Shown in pieces: positions 12,982-24,300 of a stretch of DNA of 64,000 nucleotides. The DNA is from Vitrella brassicaformis CCMP3155 (taxonomy: Eukaryota > Protista > Chromerida), in contig CDMY01000185.1 in the NCBI GenBank assembly GCA_001179505.1, positions 62,001-126,000 of the forward strand. Direction: 5' to 3'. The position numbers were made by a program, and so were the translations under genes. The notes beneath the pieces are model-generated. The model was not told the origin of the DNA, searched no databases, and saw only the letters and a program-made list of their open reading frames with translations. Every line of letters starts with the position of its first letter. The stretch's first letter is position 1.

Positions 12982-14815
12982 TCAGGCATGATGGTGTGTG
13001 TGCACCTGCGCCCCCCGAGAACGACCGGTGAAGAGCGGTGGGCCGGTGTAGGGAATGTCCACCGTCCGGTAGCTCGACGGCTGAGCACTCTCGCGCAAAT
13101 ACACGTCAGCATCAGGGGCACCACCCTCATCTGCACACACATAGGCAGGCGGCAATCAGACACTCACTCACAGTGAACAATGCCTGGATCGATCTGCTCT
13201 TGACCCACCCACCTGCCGTGACGACCGACTTGTCCGTCTCGACGTGGTAGTATCTGCACTCCCTGCCCTGCTGGTCGGCGTACGGCGGGCCCATGACGTC
13301 CAGCACGGCACACGTCGTCACAGCCACGAACTCGTGCACGTTGTCGCGGCCAGGCAGCACCAGCCGAGTGGTCGGGAAGAGCTGACGCGCCTTGCGGTCG
13401 TCATCCGTCCTGCACACCACCTCCGGCGCACCCGCGGGCATGGTGTCGCCACTGCCGGCCACCCAACCGTCGAATGTGCATGCTGCTGGCCGGTGGCGGC
13501 CGATGTCCGCCGAGAAGGGCTGGGGCTGGTGAAACCCACACAGGTGTGAGTCTGTCACCTGGCCAACACACACGACGAAGGTGGTTCGGTGCAAATCAGA
13601 TCAATTTCCGTGTGCATGTGGGCGAGCGTGCCTTAAATACGGCCGATTCTGGCCGGTTTGGTCCTGCGCGAGGGTCGTCGAGGATATGGAACGCCCGAAC
13701 CGATAGGGTGCCGAACAAAACCTGACGCCACGCCCGCATAGATAGATACGCAGTGGCGATCGATGTGCGACGGCGTGTTGAGCGAGTAGCTTAGCTTGCT
13801 CGTTTGGTGTGACTGACGCTGACTGACCTTTGATATGACGAGCATTCCAGGGTGGTCGTGGATGGGCAGCCCATGTCCGGGCGGGATTATGAACAGCTTC
13901 ACCTCGAAGTGCTCATTCTGACATACCCACAGACAGACAGACCAGGCCAGAATGATGAGTGGGCGGCCATCTCTCCCTCCCTCCAACCAGTCGTCTGGTG
14001 TGGAGCTTGCTCTGCTCACTTACTTCGTATATGTCCATCCAGGCGATGGCTGTGGTGGGCGGATCCTGGTGGTGCATCCCGCCCGCCGGGGTGGGCACTT
14101 GGGTTGGCGCACCTGAAGCAACACCAGAGAGAGAGGGGGGGGGGAAAGATGAGTGAGACAATCCATCCAGTGGCCCCCTACCACTGTGTGTGTACTTCGC
14201 CCACTCACTCTCTCACGTACTCACCCGATGTGTGTGGCGGCTCATGCGCCGAAGCCGAGGCAGCGTCGCCGTCATCCGGGGGTGACGAAGCGGGCGGGCG
14301 CTTCAAGCCAAGATCCTCCGAGCCCAACTGCTCTATCAGGAGCCTGGCAGACAGACACAACGAGACAACAACAACATTCCAACGCGGCTGCCTGCCTGTG
14401 TGTCGGCGTCGGCTGCATACCTGAGTCTGTTGACGCTGTCAGCCGTGGGCACCGTGCCCTGGAAAGTCCGCTGCGCCTGCCAACGGACGGGCAGAGAGGC
14501 AACAGAGGCCGATATTCTTCTGACGGCGCGGGAGTCTTCCTACCTGCTCAAACACACGCTGGATCCTGCAGAGCACGGCATGCAACATACACAAACACAA
14601 ACACACACAAACACGCACGCCAATGAGCACTGGCTGGCCTGGGGATAGTCAGGGGTTGTCAGATGCCTTACGTACTTTGGCGTTGAGGAAAGTGCACCGA
14701 CAGACCGTCCTGTGAGCACAACGGCGCCAAGGCAATCTATGCCAAATGTGCGGCTGGGAATGCGTGTGTGATTAGGTGTTCCTCACTCACCCGAGCTTCG
14801 GTTCGCTGGCGTCAT
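12982..14815 (-). CDS. ADO: 2-aminoethanethiol (cysteamine) dioxygenase / plant cysteine oxidase family thiol dioxygenase (PCO_ADO)
   Basis: Spliced protein MTPANRSS...PKIQRVFEQAQRTFQG...IAWMDIYENEHFEVKLFIIPPGHGLPIHDHPGMLVISKVLFGTLSVRAF...RDNVHEFVAVTTCAVLDVMGPPYADQQGRECRYY...IPYTGPP. The HDH and H iron ligands, the LDV-GPPY and CxYY motifs and the terminal PYxGP motif of the family are all present. Confidence 0.9.
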
Positions 14816-14996
14816 CGGTGAGGATCCAACATCGCCGCTGCTTCGATCGCGTTTTATCTACGCCTTCTCCTTCACACAATTTCCTTCTTCAAAGCTCGTG
14901 GATCTCTAGGGTGCTCCCTGAAACCGCTGCTCAGTCGCCGTTCAAAACTCTTCTCGACGTTTTCTGTTGCTGTTGTTGGTTAAGAGAGGTTCCCTG

Positions 14997-15628
14997 ATGC
15001 CGGCTGTGCGGCGTGGGCCGGCTGGCGTCGTCGAAGAGTGAGCCAGACACTAACCACACGCACACTCAGACCAGACGGCGACTGACGAGTGCATTTGTGA
15101 GTCGTGTTGTGATGCTCAGTTGGCAGAAGAAGGTCATCGATATCAAGCCGACGCCCATCCCCTCGGACGGCGTGCTGACGCCAAAGCTGTGGCGGAAGCT
15201 CTTCCTCAAGGGCGAGAAGCAAGGGGGCCTCCTGGTGAGTGAGGCCGTCACCATCACACGAGCAGCAAGCACCATGATCGCAATATATGGGTGTGTGTGT
15301 GTCGTGGCGCATGCGCTGCAGTTGCGGCCCGGCCCTGAGTTCAAGTCGAGTGCCAAGGGCTTCGACGAGGCCTTCTTCACCGACCTGAAAGTCACTAGGA
15401 AGACAAAGCAAAGAGGTCGGTGCCGCACACACACACAGCCGATGACATGTGGTTGTTGACGTGTGCCTGTGTGTGTGTGTGTGTGCAGTGGTCAAGCAGG
15501 AAGGCGCGCCTGAGGGCGTAATGCAAATCGAGCTTGAGAGGGCCGACGTCAGAAAGTAAGCCGTCCACCGCACGATAGACACACACACACACACACACAC
15601 ACACACCCCACAGACAGACCCCGACGGC

Positions 15629-15663
<35 letters not shown>

Positions 15664-16733
15664 TGTGCGTCGGTGTGTGTGCAGGGTGACCGCGTCTGGG
15701 GCCAAGTCGAGGGCGGCGGTCAACGCCAAGGAGTTCAAGAGTGAGCCCGACGGTGCGACGCCCTTCCCAATCGGCGGCACCTTCTCCTCCGAGGTCGAAG
15801 TCAAGATGTGGAACATGGTAACCACACACACACACACACACAAGACAAGGCAGGCAATGCGGCGTCCACCCACCCATTGTGTGTTGTGTGTGTGTGTGTT
15901 GTAGTTGTCGAGCGGCAAGTGCGGTTATCGGTATTACGCCGACAATCTGGACCGCACGATGTTTGACGGCATCGACAAGTGCCCGGGGCTCAACTTGGGA
16001 TTCTGGGAGGGCAACGCCGTGCGGCTGCTGCCCCTCATGGCCGGCATCAACACGCCGTTCTCGTACCTCGGTGTGTGGGCTCACAGCAACACGAACACAA
16101 CACAATGAATGCCGCGCACAGAGATTGACTGACAGGGAGGGAGGGAGGGAGGGATTCACCTCTGCTGTCTTTCTTCGGCTGGTGTCTGTGCAATAGGCAA
16201 GTTCGGCTCGGCGTTCGGGCTGCACACAGAGGTTTGNNNNNNNNNNNNNNNNNNNNNNNNNNNNNNNNNNNNNNNNNNNNNNNNNNNNNNNNNNNNNNNN
16301 NNNNNNNNNNNNNNNNNNNNNNNNNNNNNNNNNNNNNNNNNNNNNNNNNNNNNNNNNNNNNNNNNNNNNNNNNNNNNNNNNNNNNNNNNNNNNNNNNNNN
16401 NNNNNNNNNNNNNNNNNNNNNNNNNNNNNNNNNNNNNNNNNNNNNNNNNNNNNNNNNNNNNNNNNNNNNNNNNNNNNNNNNNNNNNNNNNNNNNNNNNNN
16501 NNNNNNNNNNNNNNNNNNNNNNNNNNNNNNNNNNNNGGGGGGGGGGGGGCAGGCACTCAACGCACTGTTTCCGTCATCTGTCTGTCTGTCTGTCTCTTAG
16601 GATTTGGACTTGCCGTCGATCAACTACAGCCACAAAGGCTGGCACAAGGGCAAGGCCAAGTAGGCATAACACAAACACACAAACCCAGCCACCCCACCAA
16701 CAGTCATGTGTGTGCCTCTCTCTCTCTCTCTCC

Positions 16734-16768
<35 letters not shown>

Positions 16769-18822
16769 GGTCAGGGTGTGGTATCTGGTCCCAGCTGCGT
16801 TCATGGAGGCCGTCGATGAGTTGACAAAGAAGCACCTGCCCGAGGAGTTCGCTCAGTGGTCAGCCAGCCAGCCAGCCAGCCAGCCAGGCACCACACAAAC
16901 AAGCAGCTCAGTCATTGCTTAAGTGTCTGTCTGTCTGTCTGTGTGTGTGCCTGCTCACACTCAGCGGCCAGTACAACCGCCACAAGGCAGTTCTGCTGCA
17001 CCCCCGCATCCTCGTCGAGGCCGGCATCCCTGTCTACCGGTCAGCCAGCCAGCGATAGACCCACTGAGAAGGAAGATATAATGGGGAATAATGAGCCCCC
17101 TCACGCCACGGGGGGGTTGGGTTGATCTGTGTCTGTGTGTGTCGTTGGTCTTTGTGTGCGTGTGCAGGATCGTTCAGGAGGAGGGCGACTTTGTGGTGAC
17201 GCTGCCCGGTGCCTACCACCAGGGATTCAACCTCGGGCAAGCACACACACACACACACACACGCACCCAGCACTCCATCCAGATCTCGATCTCTCTCTCT
17301 GTGTGTGTGTGTGTGTTTAGGTTCAACATGAACGAGGCCGTCAACTTCCTCCCCTACGACGAGGTCTGCGTCAAGATGTGGCTCGCCAGAGCCCTTAAGG
17401 CCAAGCCGTGCAGCTGCAAGAACTCACCGCTCACCGGAGTGCCCAAGTAAACCGAGACACCACACAACACACTCAACAGTCTGCACACACACAGGTGTCT
17501 GTGTGTGTGTGTGTGTCGTTAGGTGGCACCCTTGCTCTCTGGTGTGGCGCATGGAGCTCAAGGAGGGCGAGGACGGCCGTGAGCTCTACAAGCGTACGCC
17601 ACACGACCACACACACACACACACACACACAGATGAGAGGATCTATCTGCTGACATGTGTTGTGTGTATGTTATTGTGTTGTGGTCAGGTTTGGTTGGGG
17701 AGCTGGCCGATGAGGGCGAGGCGGCCGAGTCGGAGGTGTCCAGGATGGACAAGTTCTCCCCCGACTCGGTCCAGGTCATCGGCTGCGCACAGAAGGACCT
17801 CATCGACACCAACTGCAAGAAATGCCGCCACCGGTAAACCCACACGCACACACACACAGCCACACGACACACATGCACCATCCACTGGTAGTCATCTGTG
17901 TGTGTGCGTTGGTCAGCTTCACGGGTTTGTCTGTGGTGGAGTTGGAGGGCCCCGGGCCCAACCGCTGGCGCACCAAGGTCAGACAGCGGACACCACACAC
18001 ACCCACTGCACCCCCTCTCTCTTTGATCGCTGTCTTCCTCGGTTCGTTCAGTATCTTTGCAAGAAGTGTCTGAAGCCCGAGCCCGCCGCGGTCGACAAGG
18101 GCAAGGCGAACAAACCGGCCGCCAGCTCTGGACAGGTCAGTCAGGATCACACAAGTGCGTCGACCGGTCTGTCACTTGGACACGTAGCTTTCATGTGTGT
18201 GTGTGTGTAGGTGTCGGGCAAGGCCAAGAGGGCGGGCAAGGGCGGCGGCAAGAAGGCCAGCAAGCCCGCCGCACCCAAGCAGAAGGCAAGAAATATCAAC
18301 ACACACACACACACACACACACACATCGGCCATCCACACGTGTGTGTTGATCGCTTTGTCCGCCTTTCTCTCGTTGGGGTATGCAGGGGAGTGTCGGTGG
18401 TGGTTGTGGCACGGCCGCCAGCAGCGCCCGGCGCGTCAAGAAGACCCCGCCCATGCAGCGCAGCCCATACGGATTGCGTGGCGGCAAGAAGCGCGGCATC
18501 GAGGCCGCACACAATGAGGCAGAGCCCGGCGAGGTCAGTGAGTGTCGCATGGCTGTCGCATTGGACCTGTGTGTGGATGTGTGTGTATGTGTGTAGGATG
18601 TCGTCATGGTCGAGTCGCGCCGTCCGAAGCGCGCCAGACAGAATGCCGACAGACACGAGGAGGGTAAACCACTGATGGACACGCACAGCCACAGCAGCAT
18701 CAAGCACACATACGCCGTGTGTGGTTGTCGTCGTGTGCGAAGCCGGGAGAGGTGATAAGAAGCGGAAGGTTGACGAGCAGGCCGCTCCCCCCAGCAAGAA
18801 AAAGGCCCGCCACCAGGACTGA
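14997..18822 (+). CDS. JmjC-domain histone lysine demethylase, KDM4/KDM5-like catalytic core, with Cys-rich and Lys-rich C-terminus
   Basis: Spliced motifs [83 protein letters not shown]. The HxE...H Fe(II) triad is intact. One intron contains the N-gap at 16237-16536. Confidence 0.9.
16237..16536. other. Assembly gap (300 N) inside a JmjC-gene intron
   Basis: Run of N followed by a G homopolymer. Confidence 0.99.
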
Positions 18823-19066
18823 CGTCACCCATCTGCCCTCCCGCCATCGGTGCACTCGACTGACTCTACTTACTGCTCTTCTCTTCGATTGCTTGCTGCG
18901 CTTGCTTAGCCTATTTGTTCCACTTTGGCTGGCCTGGCTGCCCCTGTGTGTGTGTGTGTGTGTGTGTGTGATGGAGTCATTCGACTGGCCGTTTTGTCTT
19001 TGTGTTGATAAATCGCATCAATGCCGTGTGGAAAGACAGTGAGAGTGGCCGACCGACTGAGAGAGC

Positions 19067-19097
<31 letters not shown>

Positions 19098-19468
19098 GGA
19101 GGGAGGGTGGTGGGACCACACGGCCGTCCATCGGCTGCCTGTCTGTCTGTCGGATTTGTGAAGGCATATGAGAAGAAGTAACATATGCTGCAGTAGTGTG
19201 TGTGCGTGCCGTGGCGGACTGGCTGACTCCCTCCCTGCGTGAAGCGTTGATGACAGACAATCTGCAGCAGGTCATTCACTGCTCAACACACACAGCATAA
19301 AGCACAGCATCACGCACACACGAGTTCTGACTGACTGACACACACACACACACACACACACGTGTGCCATACTTTATAAGGCCAGCGGGCCCATCCCGCG
19401 CACACGCATCTCGATCACGGTAGGTATCGCACACTCTTCGTTCGAGCCCGCCACCGTCATATATCGTC

Positions 19469-21123
19469 TCAATGCCCACCCAGCAGCTCTGCGTGGTCGT
19501 CGCGGACCCGTTTCTGCAGCTCGGCGATGCCCTCACAAGCCCTCCGACACACCTCAAAGTGCCACTCGCTCATGGCCATCTCGCTGCGGTGGCAGACGTA
19601 CTCCAAACACTGCACACACACACAGAGAGAGAGGGAGAGAGATGTCTGCACCCATGCAGCCGCAAGAATGAGCTTCCCGGCTCACTCACGGGTGGTTTGT
19701 GTTCGTGCGGCGTCTGTCTGCCGCTTCGCCGGATGTGGTACCACACAGTGAAGGTCTGCGGCTCGTCCTGGAGCGCCTCCAACGTCCCCGGGTACCCCAG
19801 TGCGAGCGCCACGGCGTCCTCGAGGACCAAGTATCCCTGCTTGGCCTCGTAGAAGGTGCGCCGCACGTGGCCGTAGCGGTCGTCCATGCGGTTCGCCAAC
19901 ACCCACCCGCCCTGCACGTGACAGACAGACAAGGTGACACAGACAAAGTGATGCTGAAGGCGCACACGGAAAGAGGAATGGAGCTGTGGGCGTCTTCTGT
20001 CTGTTGACCTTGAATCCCTTGTGCTCGCCGCCGGTGGTCGTGTAGGCGGTGGTGCGCATCTCGTGAGTGATCTCGTGCAGCTCCAACTCGACGCCATCGA
20101 TGTCCTTGGTCGCCGCCACAAAAGGACGGAAGGCCACATCCACAATGCTGCTCGCGTACTCGGGCCACCTGAACGAACGAACGAATGGAACACACAGACC
20201 ACCACATCTCACTTGTTCGTTCCTGTCTGCCCCCACTCACTCTCTCACATGTGCACGGCGATGAGGACACACGGCTTGAGCCCGAGGAGGAGCAGCAGCA
20301 CCTCGCCCGCAAAGCTCAGCCCCGCCATGGTCTCGGACAGCGGCGCGCCGTCCTCCATCTCACTCATCTCACGGAGCCTCTGCCTGTCGGCCGCCGACAG
20401 GCCTTGGAAATACCGCTGCTCGAGCGCCACGAAGCGGTCGAACGCATCGGCGACCTTCTTGCGTGCCACTGGTGACGGCGCCAGGCTGTCGGTGGCGACG
20501 CTGTGTGGCTTGAACAGGGGATGCTGGGCACGGGCCTGGAACTCACGGGCTGTCAGGAGGATGTCCTGCAGCTGCTTGTTGTCCGGCATTCTGCACACAC
20601 ATACGCAACATACACACAACGATAAGGAGGACGCTCGCTCACAAGAAGCCCACGCATCAGATTCCACTCACACTTTGAGGCCGTCCTCGAGTGCGCTGAC
20701 GGCGTCGTCGTATCTCTTCTGCCGTATCAGCACCGCTCCCTTCCTGGCCCAGGCCTTCTCCTGCTTGGGGCTGATCTGCAGGGACGAGCTGAGGTCCCCG
20801 AGAGCCATCTGCAGATGCCCCAGATGAATCAAACACGCAGCCTTGTCTGTGGGGCACACCAAACACACACACAACACAACATAACACGTCGTCGTATCTG
20901 CCGGGCCATGGCTGTCGGGCATTGACTCTCTCTCTCTCTCTCTAGTGCCCTGCCCACTGCTGAGTAGGGTGGCTCTGCCCGGCGCATCTCCCGGCATGAC
21001 GTTGAGCGCCTCCGCAAAGTCCGCCATCTTGTAGAACTCGTTGCCTCTCATGGCGAGTTGAGTGCCCTCGTCTGCCGGCCGCCGTATGCCTCTCGAGCCA
21101 CCTCTTTGCCGATGATCGCTCAT
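19469..21123 (-). CDS. N-terminal TPR protein with an uncharacterised C-terminal domain
   Basis: TPR consensus ADEGTQLAMRGNEFYKMADFAEAL...ACLIHLGHLQMALGDLSSSLQISPKQEKAWARKGAVLIRQKRYDDAVSALEDGLK. Downstream exons follow ORFs 20245..20667, 19682..20236, 19570..20205 and 19469..19651. Confidence 0.8.
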
Positions 21124-21383
21124 CACTCACGCGCTCTCACTCACTCCGACCGTCGTCGTTTCCGACCGCTGGCTGGGCTGGGCTGGTGTGGGGTGGCTGT
21201 GGAAGGTATAGCCACACGCCTTCAGACCGGTGTAACACGCCCATGGCTCCCCCGCTGCATCCACAGCAAAGATACGTACGCCCGGGCAGCAAATCTCACA
21301 ATCCATTTTCGAAACGTTTCACGATTCAACGACAAAACCCGACTTGTACGCTGTGTGTTTAGCAGCATTTTCTGTGCCGCTCG

Positions 21384-24300
21384 ATGCCGGGGCGGCACTG
21401 TCTGCGGTGCCTGGTGCTGCCTCTGCTCTGTCTATGGCTTGGCTGGACGGCGGCCATCTGCCGCGGCCAATGCCTGGCGCGGGGCAGCCGCACTGTGGCG
21501 GAGAGGGAGGGCCTCAACACCAATGGCACCCTGCGGCTGGCCAAGAGGGCGTGGCTCAGCCACCAAATCGTCACCGAGATATTCGCCGCGGTACCACAAG
21601 AAGATGATGTGTGTGTGTACGTGTGTGATGTCTGTCTGCGTGTGTGTGTGTGTGCAGGTAGTTCGTGACGTTGTGGGCATTCCCGTGAAGCTGGTCGACC
21701 TCAGCCGCATCCCTGCTTCCCACATGTGGGAGGACATGGCGCGCCACACCGACTCCTCCCACTCCCATTCGAGCTCCAACACCAACAGCAGCCCCTTCCC
21801 TCTGTACGACATCGACCTGGAGCAGTGGAACATGCACGACACCCTCGACACGGCCTATGTGCAGCACGTCCTCAACGACAAGACCGTCGTTGACGCAGGC
21901 TCCATCGGATACCCTGGCAAAGAGGTCCGTCAGTCAGCTCAGCCTCGCAAACGAGCTCCGCACAAGCCATGGGTGTGGGTGTGTGTGGGTGTGGGTGTGG
22001 TGTCTTGCTTATCAGGGCATTTTCTTCCCTCGTCGCGTGTTGAGTAAGGGCTCGTTCGTGGACTACTGGCGGAGCCACCAGGAGGGCGGGGGGGCCTGGA
22101 AGCTCTTCACGAGGCGCTCGAACGGCTCGCTGCAGTTCTACCCCACAGACAAGCCAAAGACCTTCGTCAGCCGACCCACCCCACACACACACACTCACGC
22201 GCACAGCGCCGTTGATGCCATGTGTCTCTCCGTGTGTGTGTGTGTGTGTGTGTGTGTGCAGGTGCCGCGCCACTGCAAGGGTGCGAGCGGCCGCTCGTCG
22301 TGCAGCGATCTGTACGCCCTGCCGAGCGGTGACGGCCACACGGTGCTCGAGGACCTGGTGACGGCCCTCTCCCTCCACTACAACGTCGTCTACCTCCCGA
22401 AGCACTCTTACAGAGAGCACATCGAGAAGGCAGCTCGCCAAGTGAGTGAATGTGACCAACGGGGAGGGGGAGGGGGAAGGGGGGAGTTGTGCAGCCAGCC
22501 GTGTCGACTTTTCCTATGTGTGTTCCTTCAGCGGCAGCCGATTTTGTTTTACTGGTGGCAGCCCGACGAGATGACCATTTCTACCAGCGCCATGTAAACA
22601 AGCGACTGGACCACACACACACACACACACCCCTCTATACCCTTCATCGCTGCGTCTGTGTGCCTGCAGGCCGCTGACACTGCCGCCCCACAATCCGTCG
22701 TGCTTCCCGCCCTCGTACACGCGCCTCGGGGGCGGTGGCAGCGGTCACAGCAACAACGGCAGCAGCGGCAGCGGCAGTGGCGCGCTGAAAGGCTCTGTGT
22801 CTGCGTCGTGCGACTGGCCGAGCATCCATCTGAAGAAGGCCGCCAGCCGCCGCGTGAGGGCCGAGATGCCCATGGTGCTCAAGGCGCTGGAGGCATTCAC
22901 TGTCAGCGAAAAGGAACTCACTGACATGATGAAGAAGTAAGTGAGGAGGGCGGTCCGGGAGGGAGGTGATATTGTGTCTGAGGGTGTGTGTGTGTGTCTG
23001 TGTGTGTGTGTTAGGGTCGTGATTGGAGGCGAGCACGTCTCTTCTGTGGCTTGCCAGTGGGTGGAGGGCCACAAGTACACGTAAGCGGCTTGGCGTGGCA
23101 TGGCGTCGTGTGGTGTCGGTGTCATGTGTGTGTGTGTGTGACGAAGCCGGCGAGGCCGATGGACGGATGGACGGACGTCTCTCTCTCTCTTGTGTGCTCT
23201 GTGTGTGGTCGGTGGATGATGTGCGGAGCGGTGCAGTATATCAGGTTGGCTGCCCGACTGCGCCTCTCGCGGCAAGATGCTGGACCCCTCCACCCTCAAG
23301 TGTGGCTTCAAATGCCGAACCACACGCGCCAACACACACAACAAGTACCTACCAGTACCCCCCCCCCCACACACAACAACACCGCACCACATCCTCACAC
23401 ACCTCACACAGACACATCTGGTTCCTTCCCTCGTGTCATATATCAGCTCATCGTCCTCGAGTGGCGTGTGGGAGTTGTGTCAGCGGTGCGGTGCCGGCCG
23501 TGACCTCACGATCGACGGCTGCAGGCCGTGTGCACCGGGGACCTACCGCAGCGGGTCGCTCCACAAGCACACCCACCAGACACACTGCACCAAGTGCCCC
23601 ATGGGTCGGTGGGTGGGCGAGAGGGGGTGGGAGGGGTGAGCTCGGTCCGTTGGTGAGGTGCCTGCACATGTAGGTGTGGGTGTGCGTGTGCGTGTGTGTG
23701 TGCAGGCATGTACAGCGGCCGGCCCGGCGCCACCCAGTGCAGGCCGTGCCCAAAGGTGGGAGGGGAGGGAGGGAGGGTGGGTCGGTGGGGTGGGAAGCTA
23801 GCAGACACACAACACACTTGGGCCGATGGGATGGATGGATGTTTCCATTGTATATGTTGGTTGCGCCAGGGCACATTTGCTGGCGAGGAGGGTCTGTCCC
23901 AGTGCAGCCTCTGCCCCGAAGGCACCTACAACGACTTACAGGGCGCACACCACTGCATACCCTGCCCACGGGTGCTCCCAAGCAATCAGACACCCACACA
24001 CACACGCCCAAGCCCACACCGATGGCTGTGTGCCGTTGCTTCTTTGGTCTGTCTGTCAGGGCGCCTCGTGTGTCCATCGAAGCGAGCGGGAGGTCCCCCA
24101 TGCCACCAAAGGCCACTACCGACTCACAGCCACCACCCGGACCACCACAAACAAGACAGACACCACCACGAGCAGCACCACCGCCTCCTTCTCGCTTTTC
24201 GTGCCATGCCCGCACGCCCCCGACTGCAGCGCAGCCAACACGTGCACCCCCAACTCACACACACAAGGCACCCTCTGCACCACCTGCACCAAAGGCCACT

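Noticed and set aside
13560-13650. Possible GC-AG intron in ADO (TTTAAG|GCACGC)
   Set aside because: An in-phase GT donor (GCC|GTATTT) lies 9 nt upstream, so a GC donor is not required.
16047-16824. ORFs containing long X runs (also at 55183-56205 and 60766-61930)
   Set aside because: Artefacts of translating through N gaps.
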